Below are positions 19,535 to 28,800 of a stretch of 64,000 bases of DNA, piece after piece. Origin of the DNA: a virus (lineage: Duplodnaviria; Caudoviricetes); IMG/VR virus record IMGVR_UViG_3300044949_001928, positions 1,115-65,114 of that record; one strand, 5' to 3'. A program made the position numbers and the translations under genes. Under the pieces are notes generated by a model that had not been told where the DNA came from, searched no databases, and worked only from the letters and a program-made list of their open reading frames with translations. Numbering within the stretch: position 1 is the stretch's first letter; each line of letters begins with the position of its first letter.

Positions 19535-20332
19535 CTACTTCTTCCTCCGGCCGCGCTTTTTCTTTGGTGGGGGGTTCGCGTTGCGGGGGCCTGGAATGAT
19601 GTTGCTGGCAGCCTTCTTTTTCGGCTTACCAGGGCCCATGAACGCCATCTGGTTTCCATAGATCTTCAGGGCCTTCTTACCCTTCTCGCTGCCCTTTGCC
19701 GCCAGTGCAGCGGCTCTCTCGGCACGCCTGCGGACGACTGGCATCCCGTACTTTGTGCCCATCGACTTGATGGTTATTCCGGCCAGGTCGCCGTCAATTC
19801 CCTTCTTGTTTCGATCGGCCATGGCTCGGGCAACCATTCGCCCCGTCCAGTTCTTCGTCTCATTAGCACGGCCTTTCAGTGATTTGAGGTCATCACTCAT
19901 CCCCTTGACGGCGCCTCGTATCTGCCGGTCACCTTGCGCCATCCGTCCGTCGAAAGTAGCGGGCCTGTAGGGGCGGATCGTGTTGACGGGCTTCTTGAGC
20001 AGGGGTGTGCCGGTGCGCTTGATCGTGTTCTTCGCGCTGGCCTTTGGCCGGCTTCCGCTCCCTCCCTTGCTGACCGGCCGCCGCACCTTCCCGCTCGGGC
20101 CCGCTGGCCGCTGCACCTTGGCCAGTTGCGTGGCCCGCTGCTTGCCGCTGGCGGTGCGCAGTCTGCCGCCCCTCGCCGTTGCGCCATTGCCGGTGCCCGT
20201 GATCCGCCCAGCGTTATCCCGCGTCAGGCGGTTCGCGCCCTTGCTCACAGCCCTGGCGGCGGGCTTAGCGCTGCGAGTGCTCCCACCAGAGGCGAATCGG
20301 CCGTTGGCATCGCGCTTGTATTGCCTGGCCAT
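19535..20332 (-). CDS. Basic KRDxxGRF-family protein 2
   Basis: MARQYKRDANGRFASGG...NRLTRDNAGRIT. Confidence 0.8.
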   Translation of the reverse strand: MARQYKRDANGRFASGGSTRSAKPAARAVSKGANRLTRDNAGRITGTGNGATARGGRLRTASGKQRATQLAKVQRPAGPSGKVRRPVSKGGSGSRPKASAKNTIKRTGTPLLKKPVNTIRPYRPATFDGRMAQGDRQIRGAVKGMSDDLKSLKGRANETKNWTGRMVARAMADRNKKGIDGDLAGITIKSMGTKYGMPVVRRRAERAAALAAKGSEKGKKALKIYGNQMAFMGPGKPKKKAASNIIPGPRNANPPPKKKRGRRKK

Positions 20333-20398
20333 CAGCGCCCCATCGCTACATCAGGTTTCCAGGGAGAAGCGGAAACCTGAGGCAACGGTCACCGTGTC

Positions 20399-20896
20399 AT
20401 GCCGCTAACGATTCCGCCACTCCTCTCGCCGTGGCGTTCCACCGATCGCCTGAAGGTTCTGGAGTACGCGAATTGGCCCGCATCGAATCATAACGTTTCG
20501 GTGCTAACCCAGGCGATGAATCGCGTTGCGGATACCCTGCCCGATCAAGTGACGCAGGCACAGGGCTGGATCGATCAAGCGGAAAGACTGCGGCAGGACT
20601 GGGAGGATCAGATCGAGGATGGAACAGCTCACATCGGCAATGCTGCCGAGTATGAGGGGCCCCGGCCTGGCGCCACCATCACCCAGGATGACAGACAGGT
20701 GAAGCTCGATGTGATCGAGTGGGCGCCGCATCCCGACCTGAAGATTCGCACCGTGACCGGCGGCAGGGCTGACGCCACCGCTGGGGGGCTGACGCAAGGG
20801 CTCATCGCGAATCTCCGGCTGCGGGTGCTTCAGTCGATCGGGATCCAGGCCGCGCCAAACCTCAGCGGTGGCGGCACAAGGGTGGTGAGGAGCTGA
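20399..20896 (+). CDS. Putative head-tail adaptor
   Basis: Position, size, KLDVIEW motif, own GGAAACCT motif. Confidence 0.55.
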   Translation: MPLTIPPLLSPWRSTDRLKVLEYANWPASNHNVSVLTQAMNRVADTLPDQVTQAQGWIDQAERLRQDWEDQIEDGTAHIGNAAEYEGPRPGATITQDDRQVKLDVIEWAPHPDLKIRTVTGGRADATAGGLTQGLIANLRLRVLQSIGIQAAPNLSGGGTRVVRS

Positions 20897-20928
20897 GCCC
20901 GGAAACCTGAGGAGACCGGGGGAGATGG

Positions 20929-21669
20929 ATGGCACGCACCTACAAGCGCGATAGCAGGGGGCGATTCGCTAGCGGTGGCAGCGCACGGAGCACCCCGAAG
21001 ACCCGCGTGGTGACGGGTGCGAGGGCTGTGAGCGGCGGCAAGAACCGCCTCACCCGTGACAATGCTGGCAGGATCACCAGTGTTGGCGGCCAGGGTGCTA
21101 CCGCTCGCGGGGGGCGGCTGCGAACCGCCAGCGGAGCGAAGCGCGGGGCTGTAATAGTGAGGATGAACAGCACCGGCGGGAAGCTGCGGAAGCCGATCGG
21201 CGGGGGCGCCCGGATCAGCCGCGCTGAGCCCCTGGCGACCGGCGGCACCCTGGCGGCCCGCTCGTCCCTGGCCCGTGCGAGGCGGAAGCTGGCCGAGAAC
21301 GCCACGCCAGCGCAGCGGGGAGCGGTCACCAGGGCGAAGAAGTACGCGGCGCAGTCCTATGACAGGAACACGCAGCCGAAGACGTTTGGCAGGCCCGCCA
21401 GTGTGATGCGGAAGCGGCCACCGGAGGCGCCGCTGCGATGGCAGGTTGGGGGTGGGAAGGGGGAAAACATGCGCGATAAAGATACTCGTCAGCAAAAAAT
21501 TAATCAAGAAAGCGTTAAATCACTGCTAGCGGCAGGCCGCGCAGTAGCAGTTTATCCGAAAAAGGGAATCGTTGTAATCGACGGCTTTCAAAGGCAAAAA
21601 GTATCTAAAGCAATGGCGGCAGCTTTAGGCAAAATAGTCAAAGAACATTTACCGTCTCGCCCCCGCTAA
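20929..21669 (+). CDS. Basic KRDxxGRF-family protein 3
   Basis: MARTYKRDSRGRFASGG...NRLTRDNAGRIT. Confidence 0.8.
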   Translation: MARTYKRDSRGRFASGGSARSTPKTRVVTGARAVSGGKNRLTRDNAGRITSVGGQGATARGGRLRTASGAKRGAVIVRMNSTGGKLRKPIGGGARISRAEPLATGGTLAARSSLARARRKLAENATPAQRGAVTRAKKYAAQSYDRNTQPKTFGRPASVMRKRPPEAPLRWQVGGGKGENMRDKDTRQQKINQESVKSLLAAGRAVAVYPKKGIVVIDGFQRQKVSKAMAAALGKIVKEHLPSRPR

Positions 21670-21671
21670 CC

Positions 21672-21848
21672 ATGCCCCGCAACAAACCCCCCGGCCTCTA
21701 CGCCAACATCGCCGCCAAGCGCCGCCGGATCAAAGCCGGCTCCAAGGAACGCATGGCCCGCCCCGGCGAGGCAGGCCGACCGACCGGTGCGGCGTTCAAG
21801 GCCGCGGCGAAGACGGCGGGGAAACGCCGCCGCATACCCCGCCGCTAA
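21672..21848 (+). CDS. 58-aa basic protein
   Basis: Hand translation MPRNKPPGLYANIAAKRRRIKAGSKERMARPG...AFKAAAKTAGKRRRIPRR; below the ORF-track cutoff. Confidence 0.7.
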   Translation: MPRNKPPGLYANIAAKRRRIKAGSKERMARPGEAGRPTGAAFKAAAKTAGKRRRIPRR

Positions 21849-21850
21849 CC

Positions 21851-22327
21851 ATGCCCTCCCCCTTCTCCCCCTACGCCAACCTCCGCATCCTCATCCCCAG
21901 GCCCGCAGCCTCGCTCAACTTCCGCGGTGGCTCGCCCCCATCGAACGGGCACTGGCTCATCCACTGCTACGCCAAGGGCCCCACCACAGGCGCCACTGAT
22001 CTCCCCACCGTTTCCCCCAGGGTTCGCAGCCTCGCCGGCTACATCACAGCATGGGCGCTGCTCCCCACTGGTGGGAACTGGCTCGCCGCGACAACCGGCT
22101 TCACATGGGAAACCACGGGCACCGCGCCATCGGGTCTGCGCATCGGCATGGGCGGACGCGGGTTCCTCGGGGCGCTCCCTGATCTGCCCACCAAGACCGG
22201 CACCTGGCAGGAGGGTGAGGCCACCATCACCAGCCTCTCGGGGCAGTTCGGCCCTGGTGGGATCGGCGCACAGATCCGGGCGCAAGCGGGCGATGCGATC
22301 ACAATCGAACTGCAGGTCGCCGCCTGA
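21851..22327 (+). CDS. Putative head-closure protein
   Basis: Position in the neck module; beta-rich. Confidence 0.5.
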   Translation: MPSPFSPYANLRILIPRPAASLNFRGGSPPSNGHWLIHCYAKGPTTGATDLPTVSPRVRSLAGYITAWALLPTGGNWLAATTGFTWETTGTAPSGLRIGMGGRGFLGALPDLPTKTGTWQEGEATITSLSGQFGPGGIGAQIRAQAGDAITIELQVAA

Positions 22328-22791
22328 TGAGCGTCACGGTCAAGCTCGATTCCAGCAACTTCAGGGCCAAGGCCGAGCAGACCGCTCAGCGTGCCGCGCA
22401 GATCACGATGGGCGAACTGTCGGCGGCCTTTCAGCAGTCGTTTACCGCCGTAGCTTGGACCTGGCCCCGCCGGACCGTGCGGAGCGGGGGAGAGGTTGCC
22501 GGCAGCCCGCGGAACCTGATCGATACCGCCAACCTCCGGCAGTCCCACAGCTGGGCCATGACCGGCCCCTATGAGGCCACCTTCAAGTGGGGCGCCAGAT
22601 ATGCCACCGCTGTCCACGAGGGGGCCCACATCCGCCCCTGGGGGAACGAGGATGCTGATCTGGTGTACCTGCCGCCGCGGCCCTGGTGTCGCGCCACCCT
22701 TGGGCTGGAAAACGTCGATGGGGTGGTGGTCTACAAACTGGATGAACGGCTGCGCAACGTCTGGATGGGGTACCTCAAGGTTGGGGGGTGA
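22327..22791 (+). CDS. Neck/tail-completion protein (HK97 gp10-like)
   Basis: NLIDTANLRQS...YATAVHEG...PPRPW. Confidence 0.7.
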   Translation: MSVTVKLDSSNFRAKAEQTAQRAAQITMGELSAAFQQSFTAVAWTWPRRTVRSGGEVAGSPRNLIDTANLRQSHSWAMTGPYEATFKWGARYATAVHEGAHIRPWGNEDADLVYLPPRPWCRATLGLENVDGVVVYKLDERLRNVWMGYLKVGG

Positions 22792-22826
22792 CCCGGAAAC
22801 CTGAAGCACCACCACCGTCCCCTGCC

Positions 22827-23594
22827 GTGAAGCTCCCCTTCCGCACCTCGCCAACCATTACCACCGAAACCGTTTCGGCGGTGGTCAATGGCCAGAAGCT
22901 GGAGCTCGACTTCCCCGTCATCGGGGCCATCACCGTGGGGGAGTCGAACGTCATCAACGATCACCAGCATCGTGCCGTCTTCTTCCGGCTTTGCATGGAA
23001 CTGGCGGATGCCATGCTCACCGAAGGGACTGCTGAGCGGATCCTGCAGGAACGCGGCGACACCGCCGATGGGGCCACCGCTGAATCCACCGCCGAACTTT
23101 CGGCGCTCCGGATTCTCTCCCGCACCGCCGGGATCCCCACCCAGCTCGATGCAGCCGAAACCCGCGCGCGGATCCATCACAGGGGCCTGGTGACCAGGGC
23201 TAGGACTGAGATGGACACGGAGAACGCAGCGCTCCAGTGCCGAACCGCAACGGCGCTCATCTCCCGCCGGTTGCCCGGTTGCGAGGGCTGGCAAGAGGCC
23301 GATACCGAGGGGTTGCCCCTCGCGCTCATCGCGGCGATCAACGAATTCGCGGCGCGGGAACAGAACGGCGGCGCTCCGGAGCGCACGGCAGAGGAGATCC
23401 TCGCGGAGATGGCCGAAACGCTGGGAAAGCGCGATCCGGCCGGGGACCCCTCGACCCACCAGACTGGGAAGACCTCTTCTGGCGATGCCGGGAACTCTGG
23501 CCCCATGCCCTCGAGTTCGGACCCGATCGATTCGCCGACCTCCCAGCCCCCTACGTCTACCAGGCCATCGCGAAAGGCGAAGAGCGACGGCTGA
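22827..23594 (+). CDS. Tail assembly chaperone (G-like)
   Basis: GTG start after a GGAAACCT motif; contains G-GGA-AAG at 23423-23429. Confidence 0.65.
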   Translation: MKLPFRTSPTITTETVSAVVNGQKLELDFPVIGAITVGESNVINDHQHRAVFFRLCMELADAMLTEGTAERILQERGDTADGATAESTAELSALRILSRTAGIPTQLDAAETRARIHHRGLVTRARTEMDTENAALQCRTATALISRRLPGCEGWQEADTEGLPLALIAAINEFAAREQNGGAPERTAEEILAEMAETLGKRDPAGDPSTHQTGKTSSGDAGNSGPMPSSSDPIDSPTSQPPTSTRPSRKAKSDG

Positions 23595-24073
23595 GGGACC
23601 TGCATGATGCAGAGAAGCCCATCGCTAACCTGCACTGGCGGCTCATCGCGGTCAACGCCACCAAGGCGGAGGACATCCCGCCGGTAGAAGATCTCTTCGT
23701 ATTCCGCCAGCGGCAGCCCGGAGAGCTTCCCCCGGCGGCTGCAGGCGCTGCGATGCTCGCACTCGTGGCGCTCGATCAATGCCCGCCGTTCGCGCTGGCG
23801 TTCTACGAATCCCTGGCCGCCGCGGGAGGGGACCAACCGGCCCCGCCGCGCCTGGCGCTCATCGCCGAGGACGCCATCCTGTTGGCCCCCACGCCTTCCC
23901 CTGGTGGGTGGAGCGGGTTCCTGATTGCGGATTGCTCGGCAGCGGGCCAGGTTCGGGCGTTTCATCTCCCTGGGGAGGAGGAGTCGATCGCGCGGCTTCT
24001 CGTGCCGCCTCCCGCCGACGGATCAGTGGCAGGAGTGTGGGCGGCGGAACGCTCCACGCTTCCCAACGGCTGA
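23423..24073 (+). CDS. Tail assembly chaperone extension (T-like, -1 frame)
   Basis: The -1 frame is open from the slippery heptamer: GKARSG...DWEDLFWRCRELWP. Confidence 0.65.
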   Translation, partial: GKARSGRGPLDPPDWEDLFWRCRELWPHALEFGPDRFADLPAPYVYQAIAKGEERRLRDLHDAEKPIANLHWRLIAVNATKAEDIPPVEDLFVFRQRQPGELPPAAAGAAMLALVALDQCPPFALAFYESLAAAGGDQPAPPRLALIAEDAILLAPTPSPGGWSGFLIADCSAAGQVRAFHLPGEEESIARLLVPPPADGSVAGVWAAERSTLPNG

Positions 24074-24227
24074 TCTCGTCGTAAACGTGCTTGACTGCAG
24101 CTTCGGCGGCCATGACGGTGGCGTAGTACCCGAGGCTCCAGCGCCGGCCGCGGTACCAAACCCTTGCCTGATACGGCCGAGAAGACGCCAACGGGTGAAA
24201 CGAAACCCCTCGCGGGTAGCAGCTCAC
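23859..24227 (-). CDS. AP2-like DNA-binding protein
   Basis: PRGVSFH...YQARVWYRGRRWSLGYYAT...AEAA; own GGAAACCT motif. Confidence 0.7.
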   Translation of the reverse strand: MSCYPRGVSFHPLASSRPYQARVWYRGRRWSLGYYATVMAAEAAVKHVYDEISRWEAWSVPPPTLLPLIRRREAAREAARSTPPPQGDETPEPGPLPSNPQSGTRSTHQGKAWGPTGWRPRR

Positions 24228-24291
24228 AGGATCGGGGCGCGGTGGGGGTTACCACAGGTTTCCGATTAAGCCGCTAGGGCGGCTTGCTGGC

Positions 24292-25170
24292 GTGCGGACT
24301 GCTGAAGATGAAGCGTTCATCAACCCAATGGGCCAACAAGTTTTCGAGCAGGCACTCGGCATCGAGTTGTACGTGCAACCGGTAAGGCTGGAGTTTATTG
24401 ATTTTGATTTGATTGTCCCTAATTCCGGCTTTGGTGTCGGCAAGTTTATGGACGGCACTACTCTCACTCCGCAAACTAACCGCGTAATTGCGGCGGGTGC
24501 TGGTGACAATTACAACATCTTTTCCGGCACACCCAAGGCAATCACCAAAGCCGCCGTCGCAACCGGAACAGCGACCCTCACGTTCGCCGCAGCCCACGGG
24601 ATCACGGTCGGTGGCACGATCATCGTGAGGGATCTGCCAGCGCCGTTTACTGCCCTCAATGGCGTCGCGGTTGTCACCGCTGCCACTACGTCAGCGCCGT
24701 TCACCCTGGCCTTTACCACTACCGCGGCGACTATTGCCGAGGCAACTGTGACGGCCGGTACCGCCATGTCGGGTGCCCTGAAGCTCGATGGAACTGATCC
24801 GCCGTTTCGCCTGCAGGGCCTCAACAACTGCTCGGAGCAGCGGGGTGCTAACGAAGAAACTACCACCCTCTACGACTCAAGTAATCTCGGCTTTTCGCAG
24901 GGGTTAACTGTATCGCAATCGGTGACCTGGTCAGTTGCTGGCATGGTGAACTACAGTGACCCGGCTTATTGGGTTATCTACTATCACTCCCTTAGCCTTT
25001 CGGATCAGCAGATCCTGCTGAAATACGTGCGAATCAACAAGAAAGGCATTGCTAAGTACGGATATGGGAAAATATCCGAGTGGAACGAACCGGCGGAAGC
25101 GGCAACCCTTGTCAAGTACAACAACAACCTCGTCGGCTACGGCCCCATGGCAGTAGATAAGCCCTACTGA
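24292..25170 (+). CDS. Major tail tube protein with an inserted beta-rich domain (start may be ATG 24328)
   Basis: Tail-tube-like C-terminal half; lies upstream of the tape measure gene. Confidence 0.7.
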   Translation: MRTAEDEAFINPMGQQVFEQALGIELYVQPVRLEFIDFDLIVPNSGFGVGKFMDGTTLTPQTNRVIAAGAGDNYNIFSGTPKAITKAAVATGTATLTFAAAHGITVGGTIIVRDLPAPFTALNGVAVVTAATTSAPFTLAFTTTAATIAEATVTAGTAMSGALKLDGTDPPFRLQGLNNCSEQRGANEETTTLYDSSNLGFSQGLTVSQSVTWSVAGMVNYSDPAYWVIYYHSLSLSDQQILLKYVRINKKGIAKYGYGKISEWNEPAEAATLVKYNNNLVGYGPMAVDKPY

Positions 25171-25403
25171 ACCTGCTCGCTCATCATCGCCCCAGCCGTT
25201 TCCGCGGTCGGGGCTTTTTGCTGCCACCGCGGTGGCAGGTTCTGCCGCATCGCCCAAGCAGTGGCGGCACGCTGCACCTGCCAGGACTGCAGAAGCATTT
25301 TGCACAGCCTTTGAAGCACCGCCGGGTCTGTGGTGTTGTCGATCGCGCGGCTCATCCGCTCCAGCTCGAAGGACTGGGCGGTGGTCAGGGACATGCCGTC
25401 CAT
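25164..25403 (-). CDS. nblA: NblA-like phycobilisome degradation protein
   Basis: LTTAQSFELERMSRAID...VLQRLCKMLLQSWQVQRAATAWAMRQ. Confidence 0.7.
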   Translation of the reverse strand: MDGMSLTTAQSFELERMSRAIDNTTDPAVLQRLCKMLLQSWQVQRAATAWAMRQNLPPRWQQKAPTAETAGAMMSEQVQ

Positions 25404-25462
25404 CGGCGGGTGGCGGGGTTCCTGCAGGTTTCCCGGAAACCTGGGGTAGTACCGGTGCCACC

Positions 25463-25888
25463 GTGACGCTGCCGACGACTGCTGAGGGGATCTACGACCT
25501 CCTGGTGGGCGATACGGCCGTGCTCGCTGCACTGGGCACCTACACCAGCGACACGGGCGCCACGGGCCCCGCCATCGCCGTGCTGGCCGCGAATGAGAAG
25601 CTCCCCGAGGGGGTGGCCGTCAGCGGGATTGAACTCAAGATCACCCGCATCCCAGGGTTCGCCCCGCAGGCTCTCATGGATGCCACCGTGACGAATCCGA
25701 CATGGCGGATCTACGCGATCGGCTGGCAGACGGCTGACGGGCTCCAGGCGATGGCGGAGCGGCTCATGGCGCTGTTGCCAGGCGCCACCGCGGCAGATGT
25801 GGCCGGTGACGCCCCTGGCAGCGGGATCGGGGTGCTCGATCAGGTAGTCATCCGCTGGACGAATCCAACAATCGCGGTAACAGCATGA
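25463..25888 (+). CDS. Putative tail terminator
   Basis: GTG start after a GGAAACCT motif; IYDLLVGD...; size and position fit. Confidence 0.55.
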   Translation: MTLPTTAEGIYDLLVGDTAVLAALGTYTSDTGATGPAIAVLAANEKLPEGVAVSGIELKITRIPGFAPQALMDATVTNPTWRIYAIGWQTADGLQAMAERLMALLPGATAADVAGDAPGSGIGVLDQVVIRWTNPTIAVTA

Positions 25889-28800
25889 GCAACGGAGACT
25901 TCACTTATACAGTTGGTGGCGACTTCTCGCAGATCCTACGGGGGTTCGCGCAGCTGGAAACAGAGGCGGGAAATGTTGGCAAGTCAATCGGGAATGAGCT
26001 TGATAAAGGTGTCCAAGAGGGCGTCGTCAGCTTTGGTAAACTACAGAAAGAACTTAGGAGGCTCAAGGATGAGCGAGCCAAGCTGCCGGTTGATTCGTCT
26101 GAGTACAGAGAAGCGGAGCAGAGAATCGCGGCGATCGGCAAGGCTATTGGCGACCTGAAAAGAAAAAAGGTAGAACTGGATGCGGATCCAGCGATTAGCG
26201 ATCTCAGGGTACTTGATGCTGCAGTGCAAGGTATCGCTTTTTCGCTCTCCAATGCTGTAGTCGACGCTGCCGCCCGTGCGATGGCGGCGCTTGGTGGGCT
26301 CATCGGCGATTACGCGAAGCTTGACACTGAGATCAGGAAAGCAGCCGGTGCGGCAGGAGAAACCGGGGCCTATGAACGGATAGCGGCCACCATCGACAAG
26401 GTCGGCATCGATGCCGCCGGGACCACCCTGGAAGTAGCGCAGCTCTACACCGAGCTGGTGCGCGGTGGGATGAGCATCGATCAGGCAAATGCCAGCTTGA
26501 GCGCGATCGTGCGGGGCGCGGAAGCTACCGGCACATCGTTTGACACGATGGGCAGAAACGTATCCGCCTCGCTGAAGGGCTTCGGCCTCGAAGCGGAAGA
26601 CGCAACCCGTGTGGTTGACGCCATGGTGCAGGGCGCTAACGCCAGTGCCAGCAGCGTCGAAGGGATGGGCATGGCGTTCAAATACGCGGCGCCCGTCGCA
26701 AGGATCCTGGGGCTTTCGATCGAAGACCTCGGGATTACAGTTGGCCTACTTACAAATGCAGGGATTGACGCCTCTGAGGCTGGTGTAACCCTGCGCAATG
26801 GCCTCTCGAAGCTCGCCAGCGCTGCCCCGCAGACGGGCGCAAATGTGCAGAAGCTCAGCGGACAGGCCGCCGATGCAGCGCGGGCGATGCGAACGCTTGG
26901 CGTGGACATCTATAACGCAGATGGCACCTTGAAGCCGATGCAGGAAACCCTGCTGCAGCTCAAGGGTGCGTTTGACAAACTCGCACCAGCCGCAAAAATT
27001 CGGCTAGCGGCAAGCCTCTTTGGCGGGGAAGATGACGGGACAAAATGGCTGGCTCTGCTGAATCAGAGCGAAGAAGAGATAAAGAAAATGAGCGCCACGA
27101 TGGCGAACACCAAAGGCGCCACCGATACGGCTAGGGATGCGATGCAGGGTTTCGAGTTGCTGATGAAGCAGCTCGGCGGGACCGTTGACTCGATCAACAA
27201 CACCCTGGCCGGAACCGCTGCGACGGCACTACTGCCGCTCATCAACGCAGCCAATGCCGCGGTTGGGGCGATCGCGCTCCTCCCCGGCCCGATCAAGCAG
27301 ACTGCCGCCGCTGCCATCCTCCTCTCTGGTGGGCTCATCGCGGCCAGGACCTCAGCGCTCCTGTTCCAGCAGGCGATGAATGCGGCAGCAGTCCGAGAGG
27401 CGGCGCAGGGGATCCTGCAGCTCGGCGGAGCATTACGGGGGCGGCTGGCGGCAGATCTCGCGATTGCAGCAGCAGCGTGGGGCAGAATGACCCTGGCCGT
27501 GGTGGCATTCGATCGGGCGAGTATCTCCATCCCCAGCGTCGCCATGGCGGTCAAGGCAAGCCTCGTCAGCGCGGCGACTGCTGGCACAACAGCATTCAAG
27601 GGGCTTACGGCAACGGTTACATCCGGAGCGTTACTGCAGGGGCTGCAGGCGATCACCTATTCAGCCAGGGCGGCCATCGCGGGATACCTGCCGTTGATCG
27701 TTGCCTTCGCCAAGTTGTCGGCTGGCGTTGCGGCGCTTGCGGGTGCTTACCTACTCTGGAAAGGCACCATGGAGGGGGCGGATCAGGTATCTAAAGGGCT
27801 TGAATCCACGAATAAATCAGTTGATGAATCTATTGCAAAACTTGGCGATAGTTTCGGGAAGCAAACCGTAGCAGTTGTCAAGACGCGCAACGCTTTTCAG
27901 GAGCTGTATCGCGCACAGACAGAGGGCAATGCACTCAACAGGCTGGGAAAGGAAATGGATAGCCTACAGGCCAAGTTTGATGACACTACAGACAGAGCCG
28001 TATTTTTCTACACTCAGCTCAAAGGGTCTGGATCTATCTCAGCTGAGCAGGTTGAGCAGGCGAAGAAAATGGCTTCCGCCCTTGACGTGCAAGCCAAGGC
28101 AGCCCGGAATGTGGCCAGCAGCTACCGGGTGCAGGCCGATGCGGAAAGCGCAAAGGGAAACGAGACACTGGCCCAGGCGCTGCGAATGCGGGCGAATCAG
28201 CTGGAAGCCACGGCGCGGGTACAAGGGAACCTTGCGGAGAGCACCAGGGAGCTCACGGGCCTCACCAAGGCGCAAACGGAGGCGGTGGTCAATGCTGAGC
28301 AGGCCGAGCGGAGTCGCCTGGCTACAGCGAAGCTGCAGGTCACCCAGCAGGAGGTGAGGATCGCCCGGCGACGGGAGGAGGGGCAGATCACGGCCGAACA
28401 GGCGCGAGAGGAAGAACGGTTGCTGGAGCTACGGGCCGCACAGGCGGAGCTTGAAGTGCAGCGCGGCAAGGTGCAGGCTGGTGGCGGGGCGGGTGGCCAG
28501 GCGGAACTTGACGCACGGCAGCGCGTCGCGGAGCTGGAAAAGCGAATCGCGGAGCTGAAAGTGCAAGGCACGGAGAATGCGCTGCGGAATTCGCAACGAG
28601 AGTATGACATCGCGGTAGAAACGCTAAATATCGCCAGAACACGCCTCGACTTAGAGACGCAAGCCGCAAACCTAATTGCTTCGAGGATTAGGGCGCAGCA
28701 GGATTACGGGAATGCGGAGCTAGCATTTCGGGCGGCTTACAACGACTTAGTGCAGAGCGAATTCAACGTAGACCGCGCGAGGCAGGATTACGCAATCCAA

